Notes: generated from the letters alone by a model not told the origin. 64,000 nucleotides of DNA from Calditrichia bacterium (GCA_963777955.1 CAVZSQ010000013.1:224001-288000); one strand, 5' to 3'. Counted from the first letter of the stretch, positions 52,258 to 63,489 are shown. Made by a program: numbers and translations.

Positions 52258-54481
52258 CTAGTTAATGGTAATTACATCATATACATCGAGATCCGGTATC
52301 GTAAAGATCACCCGGTTGTCTTTGACCGATAAATTTTTCACCGTAGGGCTAACCTGGTCCGCTGAGAAAATCTGCACAGCAGGTGCACTCAGGGCAGGAA
52401 CAATCCCGTCAAGATTGATCATGACCTGAACATTATGCAGCGGTTTATCATAATTGACCAGATGTAGAATTATACGATCGGTATCAACTTTTCTGACCGT
52501 ATTGGTTGCCACATATCGAACTCCGGGAAGAGATATGATCGGATCTCCTTCCACTTTATTAATATTATCCAGAAATTCCTTTTTACCCTGTCCTTGTTCC
52601 AGGGCCAAAAATATAGAGGGGGGTGATACAATATCCGCCAGATCCTGCAACGGTTTCTCACTGCCGATTGTATATATTTTTCCCCCTTTCTCCTTGAATG
52701 AGTTCAGGATTTCAATTTGTTCATCCTCGATCCAGGGGATATTGGGTATCAGCAGTGCCCGATATTGGGAAAGATGTTCCAGACTAAGGCGTGGTAATAA
52801 GACCACTTCAAACATAATGTTGTTTTCAGCCAGAGTATTATAAAGGATGTCCCGCTTCAGGGTAACTTCAAAACTGGGAATCTGGGGAGGAGATAATACA
52901 CCAAGTTTACTGACAGTTCGTACATCCGTATACAAATCCTGGTGATCAGCCAGAAAATTAAAATAGCGGCAAATATCACCCCAAATCTGCATGGCCAGCG
53001 GATTATCTTTCATAATCCAGCCCTGCCGCATTTTATCGCCGGATTCCGCAATGGCAAAATGGGATTGAAAGGCTGAGGCTTCGGCGATTGGTTTTCTCCA
53101 CCCGCATTTCATGCCCTCCCGGACATCCATTGCACCAGGATTGGCTACTCCCGGGTCAGCCCCTTCATATTTGCTTTCATATGGTTTCGCCCCGTCTCCG
53201 GAAGCATAATAGAAGCGGGCCTGGGCAATATTGTGAATCCATTTACCATTCCAGACTCCCGCCTCCGTCGTTCCTTCGCTCTTGGTCAGATCACACGCTT
53301 CATCGGCCAGGATATTTCCTTTACAGTTACCAAAGATAGCCACGTTTTTACCCTTGCTTTTGGCCAGGTCCCGCACTTCACCAAAGAAATCGAGGATATC
53401 ACCCGTGCCACCAATGGCCCAATCAAAATATAATTCGTCCACCCCGATGTCCATCTGATTTCCCGCCTGAACCAGCAGGTCGTTCTGGCGATAGTCCAGA
53501 TTCTTCAGATCAGCCGCGTAATTCCCGCCGGCTTCACCACGCCAGCGTAAGGCGCCATATTCATCACGGGCGATCCATTTTTCCAGTTCCGGATTCATTA
53601 ACTTCTCCCGCAGGCTGATATTCCCCAACGAGTTGAACGCAGTAACCTGAATCCCATTTTCATGGCAGCGCTCGATAAATGCTTTCGTGCGCTGGAACTC
53701 CGGACTGTTTTTGTCCCTGGGGACGTTAACAGCCACGACATTAATCCGCGCTTCTTTAAATAATTCAAACATCCGATCCAAATGATCCCAGTCGATCCCG
53801 GTGCGGTAGAAGAATCTTTTTCCGCGACGGCTCCAGTCCGGAATATCTTTCTCCGACCGTTTTTTTTCTCCTTTGTACTTATATACATAATCAAAATCTT
53901 TAATCGAGGCTGATTTACCCCGACCGAGTAGATGGTAGGTCTGACCTATCAGTTGCGCCACGGTCGTATTTACATTTTCAATCCGGGTGTCAATGATCTC
54001 AAAACCATCATAATCAGGATTACGGAAATAAGTAACTTCATTAAGTCCTTGCTTTAGCAGTTCCAGTGGCAGGGGCACAATCATCTTTCCGACAATATCA
54101 TCGCCGCTGCTGAAAGAGTACCAACCTTCTTTTCCCGGCACATTTTTTTCATCCTTTTCTGAAGGGGCACTCAATTCACCCAGTATGGATGGCAAATCGA
54201 ATCGTTCACCATTAACCTCTACATATCCTTCACCTTTGGCCAGCCCGCTGGCTAAAAATACCAGTCCGGGAGCAGCTGAATTGCCTGGTATCATCTATCT
54301 TGACCACAAAACCTTTGATGCGATCTGTCCGGCCGGATAAATGATAACTGTATGGTGCTGCCACCGTAAGCCCCTGATAATACGGTTGACTGATCGAAGA
54401 TTTTGTGCAGGCAAATGAAATGATACCAATTGACCACAGAAATAAAATGCCCGCAAAAAATAGTTTCCACTTTTTTCCCAT
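52258..54481 (-). CDS. Lipoprotein, glycoside-hydrolase-like; frameshift near 54295
   Basis: MGKKWK...SFAC lipobox in ORF 54230-54520; body FIERCHENGIQV, GVDELYFD, FKEKGGKI, IILHLVNYD. Confidence 0.62.
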
Positions 54482-54525
54482 GATTATTCCTCGCCTAATA
54501 ATTTGTAATGTATTGATCATTTTCG

Positions 54526-56085
54526 TTAACTCTGCCTCAGGTTAGGTCGTAAAGTTAAAGATCCATCTTCATTGAGTTGCTGGTGGCAAGCCCAGCGCAC
54601 CGGGTATTTCATTCCTTTTACTTCCAATTCTGCTTTGACTTTCAGACCTTTCCAATCCAGCCCCTTCGGCAGGACAAGTTGGGCCTGGCGAATTTTTCCC
54701 GGAAGCGGGTACCCGGCATCCAGACAACCGCTGCTGATGATCGTACCGTCCTCCCGGCACACATTTAGCCGCAGAATACCAGGAACGGCAGCAATTCCAT
54801 CGTTAGCCAGACCCAGCACCAGACCGGGCTGGTTTTCTTTTTCATAGGCCCAGATAAATGACGGACGGACGCGGTATCCGATCCGTCTGGCAATATGATC
54901 AATAGGCTGGGGATACTTATCATAGTAACCCAGAATATTTTTGACCGATATATTATGCCAGTGCCACACCGACCAGTAATTGGCTCCCACATCGATGACG
55001 TGGGAAATGATATTTTCATTACGGGTAATCCCATCTACGATACCAAGCGCCTGAGGTTCGCCTGTAGTTATACCCACCTCACAAATGGCAGCTGTCCACT
55101 GCGGCCGGTTACTTAACGCTTCGATCTGCTCATTTTCGATGAAGATCGTATCGGTGCGAATCCAATTGTGCGAGCGAATGGTACGGTCCAGTAACTCGGC
55201 ATTACCCACCCGGCTGAAATCCGGTTGAGTATTGGTTACCAGAGGTGTTTTAGTCCAAATCTCCTGTTGTGCCTGGAACATTTTTACAAAAGTGCTCTCG
55301 GCGGTGTAATCATCCGCAAAAACATGTCCTTCAAACGGCCAGGTGTGGCCTTCGCCCCAGAACCCGTACATCATGGTATCCATGTATTCTACCAGTGGAT
55401 TACCATTTAATTCCGCGGCCAGAAGTTCATTCATTTCCCGGAAAGCGGCCTGATAAGCGGGATGGTCGTATTGCGGCATTTTGTGTTCTTTTTTATAGCG
55501 TGTATCTGCAGAATTTCTTTTCCACTCCCCTTTTAATTTGATATAAGGTACTTTCTCCATCAGGAATTCCGGCATACCGGGATATTCAAAATCCGGGTTT
55601 TCGAGCATGATGCGAAAGCCGACCCGTTTACCATACCGTTTGGCCAGATCAAAGGTGATTTTCCAACCCTCGGGGAAATCCAGTTTTCCTGGTTGCTTTT
55701 GAATATCCCGCCAGTTCAGCCGGATATAGATTTTTTGCACAAACGGCAGACTGATCAGATCTTCACAATATTTTTCCAGGGTATCCCCCTGGGTGCGCGG
55801 TGGCCAGTAATCTCCGGAAATGTAAACGGTAAGGCCCATGCCATAGTTCGGCACGATATCTTTGGAAGGTGTGGTGGCCATGACCACATCGCTGCCCGGA
55901 ACAATTTCTTCCGGTGCATACTGTGGAAATGGACCCTGGTACAAACGGTCCCGTACCTGGGGGCCGGGCCCAAAATCATATTTATCCCAGTTATGAGCAG
56001 GTACATAGGCCTGAGCAGTTTTCAAACCGGCTCCGGCCAGCGCAAGCACTGCGCCACCTGTTTTCATAAATGAACGTCGGTCCAT
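54526..56085 (-). CDS. Tat-exported clan GH-A-like protein (related to 41127-42527)
   Basis: MDRRSFMK twin-arginine; YIRLNWRDIQ..PG, GMPEFL, PQYDHP, YGFWGEGH, IGYRV. Confidence 0.7.
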   Translation of the reverse strand: MDRRSFMKTGGAVLALAGAGLKTAQAYVPAHNWDKYDFGPGPQVRDRLYQGPFPQYAPEEIVPGSDVVMATTPSKDIVPNYGMGLTVYISGDYWPPRTQGDTLEKYCEDLISLPFVQKIYIRLNWRDIQKQPGKLDFPEGWKITFDLAKRYGKRVGFRIMLENPDFEYPGMPEFLMEKVPYIKLKGEWKRNSADTRYKKEHKMPQYDHPAYQAAFREMNELLAAELNGNPLVEYMDTMMYGFWGEGHTWPFEGHVFADDYTAESTFVKMFQAQQEIWTKTPLVTNTQPDFSRVGNAELLDRTIRSHNWIRTDTIFIENEQIEALSNRPQWTAAICEVGITTGEPQALGIVDGITRNENIISHVIDVGANYWSVWHWHNISVKNILGYYDKYPQPIDHIARRIGYRVRPSFIWAYEKENQPGLVLGLANDGIAAVPGILRLNVCREDGTIISSGCLDAGYPLPGKIRQAQLVLPKGLDWKGLKVKAELEVKGMKYPVRWACHQQLNEDGSLTLRPNLRQS

Positions 56086-56167
56086 AATCTAACCTCTCAC
56101 TTTGTATGATCACATAATTTTTCTCGAACATCCCTGTTCTTTACAAACCACAGTACAGATCATGAGA

Positions 56168-58214
56168 TTATTCCGGTGTCGCCATCAACAGCAAATGGTT
56201 CCTGAATTGAACCGGTAATTTGGCAACTGGTCCACTGACATTTCCAAAGTCTTTTTGATTCTCATAGTCCAGTACTTTATAACTACGGTTCTCTAAGCCG
56301 CGTAATTCGATTGTACTATTGCACGAATCGGCATAGAAGGCATAGTACATTTTATCCCCCTTGCTGATCGCATGCGCTTCCGGCCGGTCAAAGCCCAGGT
56401 CGTATAATTCACCCTGGTACTCTGCTTCCGGCAACATATGTTCCAGATAAATATCCACCCATTTTTTCCAGATTTTTTCTTTTTCAGGGGTGAGATCGAC
56501 ACCGCCTTTTTTCATGGCACCGACCGGCCAGGTGAATTTGGTACCGACAATTGCGCCAATGCCCTGTACTGAAGCAAAATCATCACGGCCATCACTCAAT
56601 TCAATATGATCGCCAAAATAAGCCGCATTCCTGCCCATCAGGGCTTTAAGGGTTTTTCCTTTCAGGCGGATCTGCCATGAACTTTCCGGATCGGAGGCTA
56701 CCGATTGCGTCATGAAGGGCATAGTATGGAAGGCATACGCGGTACCACAGGGACAGATTTCAATAACCGCATCCGGCTTGATGCTGCGGGCAGTTTCATA
56801 TATTCCTTTAAAAAATTCGGGTACTTTTTCAAATGCTTCCTCGGGTCTGATATGTTTATGCAGCGGATTATAACAAGGTGGTGCGGCATTCAAGTGCTGG
56901 CCATCTATCTTTAAACCGTCATAACCCCACTCACGAATAAATTTCTCCACTAATTTCCTGGTATATTCCTGGACCGGTGGATAGGCGGGACATAAATAAT
57001 ATGAATCCCACCAGACTGATGTCCTGGTATTTTCCTTCCTTATTGATCAGCAGATAATCCGGATGTTCTTTGAGCAGAACGGTACCGGAATCAACCGCCA
57101 GAGGGGCCCACCACAATCCCGCTTTTATTCCCTCGGCATGAATTTTGTCTACCAGTTTTTTCATATCCGCATCCCCCCTGGGAAATTTATCCTTTAGCAG
57201 GAACCAATCCCCTTCCGAGGTTTGCCAACCATCATCCAGCACCGCCCACTTATAGCCCAATTGTTTAACCATGGGCAGCGTACCATAGATCTGGGGCATG
57301 GTAAAATTACGTCGGTAACCCCAGGCACACCAGATTGGCTCGTAACTGGCGGCAGCTAAAGGATCAAAGCGGATACCCAGCTTACCCATCATATTATGAT
57401 AGGTGACCAGAGATGTGAAATAGTCCCGATTATGTACCATTACGAAAGTTTTAAAAGTACCGGTGCTGCTTTCCCCCGGTTTAAGCACCTGTTTTCCCTG
57501 ATACATAACAGCCAGATCCGCATGTAGCGAATCAGGCATACTGACGGGTAATGATACCAGTTTAGGTACCAGTTCCAGGTGACCGACGCCAAGACCCACA
57601 TCGCGGCGCCAGATATCCACTACCGGTGTACCGCCGCCATAATCACTGGCGTTCATACCCATGTAATTTTCTTTTTTAAAACCTTTTTTTAAGGGCAGAA
57701 CCCAGTCGGCCCGGTCTTCATACGAACCGCTGTTGAAGGACCAGAAAGCCGGTTCTGGCGCTGAGCCGGGCTGTACTTCTATCTGATAATGGTTATTAGT
57801 CCAGCCTTCGATTTCAAGATCTTTGTCACCGTTATTGGTATATTTTACCTTAAAAACCGCCACACCGGGAAAATCTTCATACACACCAATCAAGACTTCT
57901 TTACTCAGTCCGGCAGTCTCGCCAGTCAGGATATACTCAGTTCCGGATCCCAACTCATCATCATCCGGAATTGGTTTTTCCTCTTTTTTAGTAAAACGGA
58001 AATCGGTTACATTTTTGCCATTAACTGTGATATACTCGCTTGGCTGAAAATCTCCCAGCGGAATTTCCTGACCATTGACAACAGCAATTACACGGCTGTA
58101 CATCTGGCCGTCAAAAACAATGGAGATTTTTTTGCCTTTGACCTGAACCTGATCCGTCTGACAGGCGATCAGTGCCAGAGCTGAAAGTAATAAAATGACT
58201 AACCGGAACATCAT
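56168..58214 (-). CDS. GH36 alpha-galactosidase-like lipoprotein, frameshift near 57013
   Basis: LIAC lipobox; WCAW, VLDDGWQ..EGDW....KFP, GLWWAP, GYDGLKID nucleophile region, IEICPCG. Confidence 0.85.
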
Positions 58215-58242
58215 AGACCTCCTGCTTTTATTGAATAATTTT

Positions 58243-59316
58243 CTATTTCATAAGGATCTTTAAAGCATTTCCACGGTACAGTTTTTTCAGTATTTTATTA
58301 TCCAGTCCGAAACCGTTCAGCGCCCAATGATAGCCGAACTGTCCGGTCGCATAAAAATGTTCGTCTGTACTCTCCAGGATACGGAAGGTGATGCGGTACA
58401 TTTCCGGATCGAGTCCCATATCGGTACCATATAACAGGCGATTCTGATAACGTTCATAGAATTTTTTTACAAACCTGGGAATCGGGGCAGTTTCCGCATA
58501 ACGGGCGGAAATATCGGCATATAAATTGGAGTATTTATCCAGCAGAGTGCCTAATTTATTCAAATCATACTCACAATTGGCAAAATGACAGGCAATAAAA
58601 GTGGTGCGCGGATGACGTCTGACCGCGTTTTCCAGAATCTTGATCATTCCGGCATGATCCACGATCCCGGGTTGATTATCCAGGCGCCATTCATAGGCAT
58701 TCATCAGCCCGTCATTGGTAGAATCCATCGGCTGGTACATCCAGATCGGGTCAGCTACATGAATATTGACCGGCATTTTCAGGTCGGCACATTTCTCCAG
58801 CAGTGGATCCATCCGCGGATCATCCAGGTGCATGCCCCAGGCCTTTGGCTGGCCATATACTAAACCCTTCCCTTTATCACCGAGTTCACCGACGCCCCGG
58901 GCACCCATTTTATAACAGCGCTCCAGTTCAGCTACGGCAGCAGGACCAAAACCGGGTTGGTCATAACCGGTTAAATCAAAGCCGCACCAGATTTCAAAAC
59001 GGCCAGAATATTTGGCATAGACAGCGTACAGGGAATCAAATTTCGCTCCGGTCTCATGGCTCAGGATAAGCGTTCTTTCAATACCGCAGGCATCCATCGT
59101 CTTGACCCATTGACTGACCTGGTCCAAACTTTCAGCATAGGGATGGGAATGAACGTCAATTACCGGGAATTGTGCTTTGGCTATCTGCGTAACCGGAACT
59201 TTATAAATTGACACCGGATGATAATTTTTTAATAATAAATTGTCCGGCGTGCTTTGTGCCATTAACCGGGTTGCCAAAAAATAGAATATCAGTAAAGCGG
59301 TGATGTATTTGCGCAT
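58243..59316 (-). CDS. Exported amidohydrolase-2 family metallo-hydrolase
   Basis: Signal peptide; IDVHSH, PVNIHVADP, FIACHF, YADISAR, LYGTD. Confidence 0.88.
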   Translation of the reverse strand: MRKYITALLIFYFLATRLMAQSTPDNLLLKNYHPVSIYKVPVTQIAKAQFPVIDVHSHPYAESLDQVSQWVKTMDACGIERTLILSHETGAKFDSLYAVYAKYSGRFEIWCGFDLTGYDQPGFGPAAVAELERCYKMGARGVGELGDKGKGLVYGQPKAWGMHLDDPRMDPLLEKCADLKMPVNIHVADPIWMYQPMDSTNDGLMNAYEWRLDNQPGIVDHAGMIKILENAVRRHPRTTFIACHFANCEYDLNKLGTLLDKYSNLYADISARYAETAPIPRFVKKFYERYQNRLLYGTDMGLDPEMYRITFRILESTDEHFYATGQFGYHWALNGFGLDNKILKKLYRGNALKILMK

Positions 59317-59390
59317 GATTTTTCTCTCCTTGAAGTTTTATTTTTATCCGTGTATATCCTTTTTAAATAATATCACTGATTTGCCGTGCC

Positions 59391-60017
59391 TCATTTTACT
59401 TCCTGAAACCAGTTTGAAGCCGGATATTGTACCTTAAAGTAATCCAGCGGATTAGGCATTGTATGCCGGATTTGCGGTAAACTGACCGAAGCAGAATCAA
59501 TCCTTTTGAATGTGTCATAAGCGATCCGTTTGGCGGCATCAATCTTGAAATAGCGGATATTCAGGTTGATGATGCGCTCGTTCGATACAGCTGGCCATAC
59601 CGGAACCGTGTAATCGATCATCAATTGTTCAGGACGATAGATCTGAAGATTACTATCCCAATAGGAACCGATCAGCATGTGGGTTTCATACCCCAGATCC
59701 AGTTCGATTCCTTTAATTACGTACGATCCCGGGGGAACATTGGGAAGCACATAATAACCATCCGGATTGGTTTTTACCCGGTAACCTTGCGCAGATTCCT
59801 TTCCGGCCTCAATCGATTTACCCACGATAATCACTGCAATGTTCGCCTTTTTTGCTTCATAAACGTCTTCCAGTCCGACGTTCTCCACCACAACAGCCCC
59901 CACTACCAATGATTTATCCGCCTGTGGTTCTGCCAGGACAAATTTTTGTGTTGATGTGCACTGGCTGTTAAAACATATGAAAATTAAAATAGTTAAGGTC
60001 AGTAATACGCGATTCAT
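59391..60017 (-). CDS. Hypothetical exported or lipoprotein
   Basis: Hydrophobic N-terminus ending ..NSQC; GYYVLPNVPPGSY carboxypeptidase-regulatory-like strand. Confidence 0.6.
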   Translation of the reverse strand: MNRVLLTLTILIFICFNSQCTSTQKFVLAEPQADKSLVVGAVVVENVGLEDVYEAKKANIAVIIVGKSIEAGKESAQGYRVKTNPDGYYVLPNVPPGSYVIKGIELDLGYETHMLIGSYWDSNLQIYRPEQLMIDYTVPVWPAVSNERIINLNIRYFKIDAAKRIAYDTFKRIDSASVSLPQIRHTMPNPLDYFKVQYPASNWFQEVK

Positions 60018-60039
60018 ATAGCACCATAGTTAAATGTTT

Positions 60040-63000
60040 TTATTTATTCTCAGGTGCGGGCAATGCTGCCCGGTTATTTTTTAAAAGATCTGAGTCAGGA
60101 TGAATTTTCAATCCGGTATTAAATGTCCGCAGCGCCTGTGCTTGCTGACCAAGATGGTTATAACACATGGCTAAATTATTAAAATAGTCCGCCTGGGCAT
60201 TATTCAGTTGTATCGCTTTTTGAAAATATGTAATAGCCCGGGGAAGGTTATTTTGCCCGACCAGAGTGTTACCCAGGTTATAATAGGATTCGGAATCCAG
60301 GGAATCCATTTCAATTGAGCGAAGATAAAAGTGGGCAGCTTGCCGAAGATTTTTCAGCATATAACTGGCATCACCTGTTTTTTTAAAGAGTCTGGCCGTG
60401 GGCTCCCCAAATTGCTGTGCTTCTAAATAGCAGGTCTCAGCCTGTTTATAATCAGCTGCATTAAAAAAACAATCACCCAGGTTGGCTACGACCGTCGGTT
60501 GAAATTCCAGCAGGGCCAGTGACTGCTGGTATAGATCGATGGCCTGTTGATGATTTCCCCGTAGCTGATAGATCAGACCAATCCCATTCAGTGCTTCATA
60601 CATGCGCCCATCCAGATCCAGCGCCCGCTGATAAGAGACCAGGGCCTGATCCTGGTTATCCTGCTGCCGTTGAATTTCGCCCAAAAAATACCAGGCGGCA
60701 GATAACTTCGGACTAAGGTCAAGAGAGTGCTGAAAATACATGCGGGCTGAATCAAGTTGTCCCCCGGCCAGATAACAACGTGCCGTTTCATATAATGGTA
60801 AGGCATTCTGCGGATATAAATGCAGCAAAGGTTGTAAATGGGATAAAGCCCGGTCATATTCTTCCAGGGCGATAAGCTGACGGATCAGTTTCAGTTTAGA
60901 TTCCAGATTTCCGGGTTGATTTTGTGATTCAAAGACCAGTTGAGTGGTAATCATATCCATATCCCGGAAAAATTGGGCGGCCAGTTGACTTTCCGGTATT
61001 AACCGCGAAGCATTGATAACGGTTTGCAATGCGCCCTTCAGCCGGCCTTGATAAAACTGCAGCATTCCTTTCAGTAACAGGCCTGCCGCAAGTTGATTTT
61101 GTTGCAGAATCTCATTCAGCTGCCCGCGCGGCACAGAATCGTCGGATATATTAACCAGCAGATTGTTCCACTGCGGCGGATGCTTTATAATGCGGGCCAG
61201 ATTCTGATAAGCACATAGATCCCGCGCCCGGATATCCTGCCGTGAAAACTCCAGAATTGGATATTCATCGGTATTAATGCTGGCCTGCCCTGCCACAGCG
61301 GCTATACCGGCAGAATCCAGCAGCAGGCAGTTAAGTAAATCACAAGTCGAGTTGATATTGATTGCCGCCAGGTTTTTACGAATAGCCGGTTGTTGAATTA
61401 TTTTCTGAATCACGGCATAATCCAGGCGGATGGCTTGAGCCGAGCCCATCAACACGACCTGTTTATTAATGCAATTAGGAGCCATCCAGAGCAGGCAATT
61501 GGGAAAAACAGATTGAAATGTTCGCAGGACGATAGCAAAGTCCCGGGGATCCAGATCGGTAGTCATCCAGGTCGAAAAAACGCCTCCGGGATTCAGTTTA
61601 TGCAAAGCGGACAAAAAATGATCCTGTGTAAACAGACTGGCGCTGGCCGTGGCTACTGCATAATTGGCATCATTCATAATGATATCATAACGATCCGCTG
61701 TGTACTTGATAAAATTTTTACCATCCATTATGATGGGATTAAAACGTGGATTTTGCCAGACACCCTGATTAATATCCGTAAAGTATTGTGCCGCCAGGTC
61801 TAAAACGTCTGCAGAAATTTCTACCACCTTTAATTCATTAATTTCATGCAGCAGAGCCGAGCAGGAAGTTTGTCCGGTTCCGAATCCGATTTGCACGACT
61901 TTTTCAGCCCGGGGATTAACAATCAGCGGCAAATGACCCTGCAGTGTCTGCAGGGTGCGCAGCATAAAACTGGTGCCGGCTACATTAAGTCCATCAACAT
62001 CTATTCGTAAATTGGCCTGGCCGGGCAAATTGGAGCGATGCACCGTAATTGTGCCTTCCAGCCCTTCCCGGAAATCGATCAGGGGATAATTTTTCTCGGT
62101 GGTCGAGTAGGTTTCGCTAAAGAGGGTACGGGGTATCGTAAAAAATATCACGCCCAGAGTTAACAACAGCAGGCCGGCCAAGGAGAATTTTAGCATCTTG
62201 CGCGTCGACCATCGCGGCCAGATTAACCATAAACCCAGCAACAGATTGATAGCGGCCATACCGGCCATGGTCAGCGAGGAACCAAAATAAGTGATGAAAA
62301 GGAAACCGGTCAAAAATGATCCGGCTACGCCACCCAGTGTATTGAAAAAATATAATTTACCAAGTGCCATACCTACTTTGTTTACATCAGCGGCAAGCAG
62401 TTTTGCTGCCAGCGGAAAGGCAATGCCCATCAACAGAGTCGGCAGGATCATCACCAGCACAGCTACAAGAAAACGCATACCGTTTAGGTACCACCAGGAT
62501 GTTGAAAATTCCACTACCATTATCTTATTTGACAAGTAAGTAATATTAATGAGTACCAGAGCGGTTATAACGGCCAGCACGGCAATGCCGATTTCAAGCC
62601 AACCCAACATCCGGCGCAAATCATGCAATCGATCCGCCAACCATCCACCTATCCAGGAACCGCAGGCAATACCCAGCAGAAAAGCTGTCAGCATCAGTGC
62701 AAAAGCATAAACCGAGTTTGACAATACAAAAACCAGGATCCGCGACCAGAGTATTTCATAGGCCAGGGCACAAAAACCGGACAGGCCCATTACCCAGAGA
62801 ATTATCCGGGTATCACTTCTGTCCTGCTCTGGTTTTTTAATAACTGCCGGTAATGCCAGACTTTCTTGATTTAACCGGGATATGATGAGGGCGGCAGCGG
62901 CAATAAGTATATTGAGCATGACTGCCAGGCGGATTGATCCATTAACACCCAGAGTACTGATCAGCATAAAGGCCGTTAAAAAAACTCCAAGTACCGCACC

Positions 63001-63480
63001 GAAGGTATTTATACCGTAAAGCGTACCAACTCCGCTCCCCAACCGCTCATCTGAACGGATAAAAGCACGGCTTAAAACCGGTAAGGTTCCGCCCATTAAA
63101 AAAGTTGCCGGCAGCATGAGCAGAAAGGAAGTCAAAAACTTGATCAGAATAAAAACGAATGGTAAGTGATTCAGCAGCGGGTAAATCGAAATGAATAATT
63201 GTTCGACAGGATTTCGTAATAGGATAATTAATAAGGCGAAACCGCCTATACCCAGCTCCAGCAGGGCATAAATTTTGAGTGGTGATTTAAGACTATCGGC
63301 CAGCCGTCCCAGTATCAGGGCACCCAGAGACAGGCCCAGCATAAAAGCTGCCAGCACGGTGCTGATGGCCAGCGTGGTATTGCCAAAGATTAATCCAAAA
63401 ATGCGGGTCCAGACAATTTCATAGACAAGTCCACAAAAACCGGATATCAGAAACAGACCGGTTATAACTACTTTACGCAC
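60040..63480 (-). CDS. Fused MFS-like membrane / spermidine-synthase-like methyltransferase with C-terminal TPRs
   Basis: SGFCGLVYEIVWTR and YGINTFG repeats, IGFGTGQT, VVEIS, DGKNF, YDIIMND; multiple TPR helices. Confidence 0.9.
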   Translation of the reverse strand: MRKVVITGLFLISGFCGLVYEIVWTRIFGLIFGNTTLAISTVLAAFMLGLSLGALILGRLADSLKSPLKIYALLELGIGGFALLIILLRNPVEQLFISIYPLLNHLPFVFILIKFLTSFLLMLPATFLMGGTLPVLSRAFIRSDERLGSGVGTLYGINTFGAVLGVFLTAFMLISTLGVNGSIRLAVMLNILIAAAALIISRLNQESLALPAVIKKPEQDRSDTRIILWVMGLSGFCALAYEILWSRILVFVLSNSVYAFALMLTAFLLGIACGSWIGGWLADRLHDLRRMLGWLEIGIAVLAVITALVLINITYLSNKIMVVEFSTSWWYLNGMRFLVAVLVMILPTLLMGIAFPLAAKLLAADVNKVGMALGKLYFFNTLGGVAGSFLTGFLFITYFGSSLTMAGMAAINLLLGLWLIWPRWSTRKMLKFSLAGLLLLTLGVIFFTIPRTLFSETYSTTEKNYPLIDFREGLEGTITVHRSNLPGQANLRIDVDGLNVAGTSFMLRTLQTLQGHLPLIVNPRAEKVVQIGFGTGQTSCSALLHEINELKVVEISADVLDLAAQYFTDINQGVWQNPRFNPIIMDGKNFIKYTADRYDIIMNDANYAVATASASLFTQDHFLSALHKLNPGGVFSTWMTTDLDPRDFAIVLRTFQSVFPNCLLWMAPNCINKQVVLMGSAQAIRLDYAVIQKIIQQPAIRKNLAAININSTCDLLNCLLLDSAGIAAVAGQASINTDEYPILEFSRQDIRARDLCAYQNLARIIKHPPQWNNLLVNISDDSVPRGQLNEILQQNQLAAGLLLKGMLQFYQGRLKGALQTVINASRLIPESQLAAQFFRDMDMITTQLVFESQNQPGNLESKLKLIRQLIALEEYDRALSHLQPLLHLYPQNALPLYETARCYLAGGQLDSARMYFQHSLDLSPKLSAAWYFLGEIQRQQDNQDQALVSYQRALDLDGRMYEALNGIGLIYQLRGNHQQAIDLYQQSLALLEFQPTVVANLGDCFFNAADYKQAETCYLEAQQFGEPTARLFKKTGDASYMLKNLRQAAHFYLRSIEMDSLDSESYYNLGNTLVGQNNLPRAITYFQKAIQLNNAQADYFNNLAMCYNHLGQQAQALRTFNTGLKIHPDSDLLKNNRAALPAPENK

Positions 63481-63489
63481 TTATTTCCA

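Noticed and set aside
56095..56120. CRP-like site (…TGATCACA…) in the cluster
   Set aside because: Only one half-site; the other half does not match TGTGA-N6-TCACA
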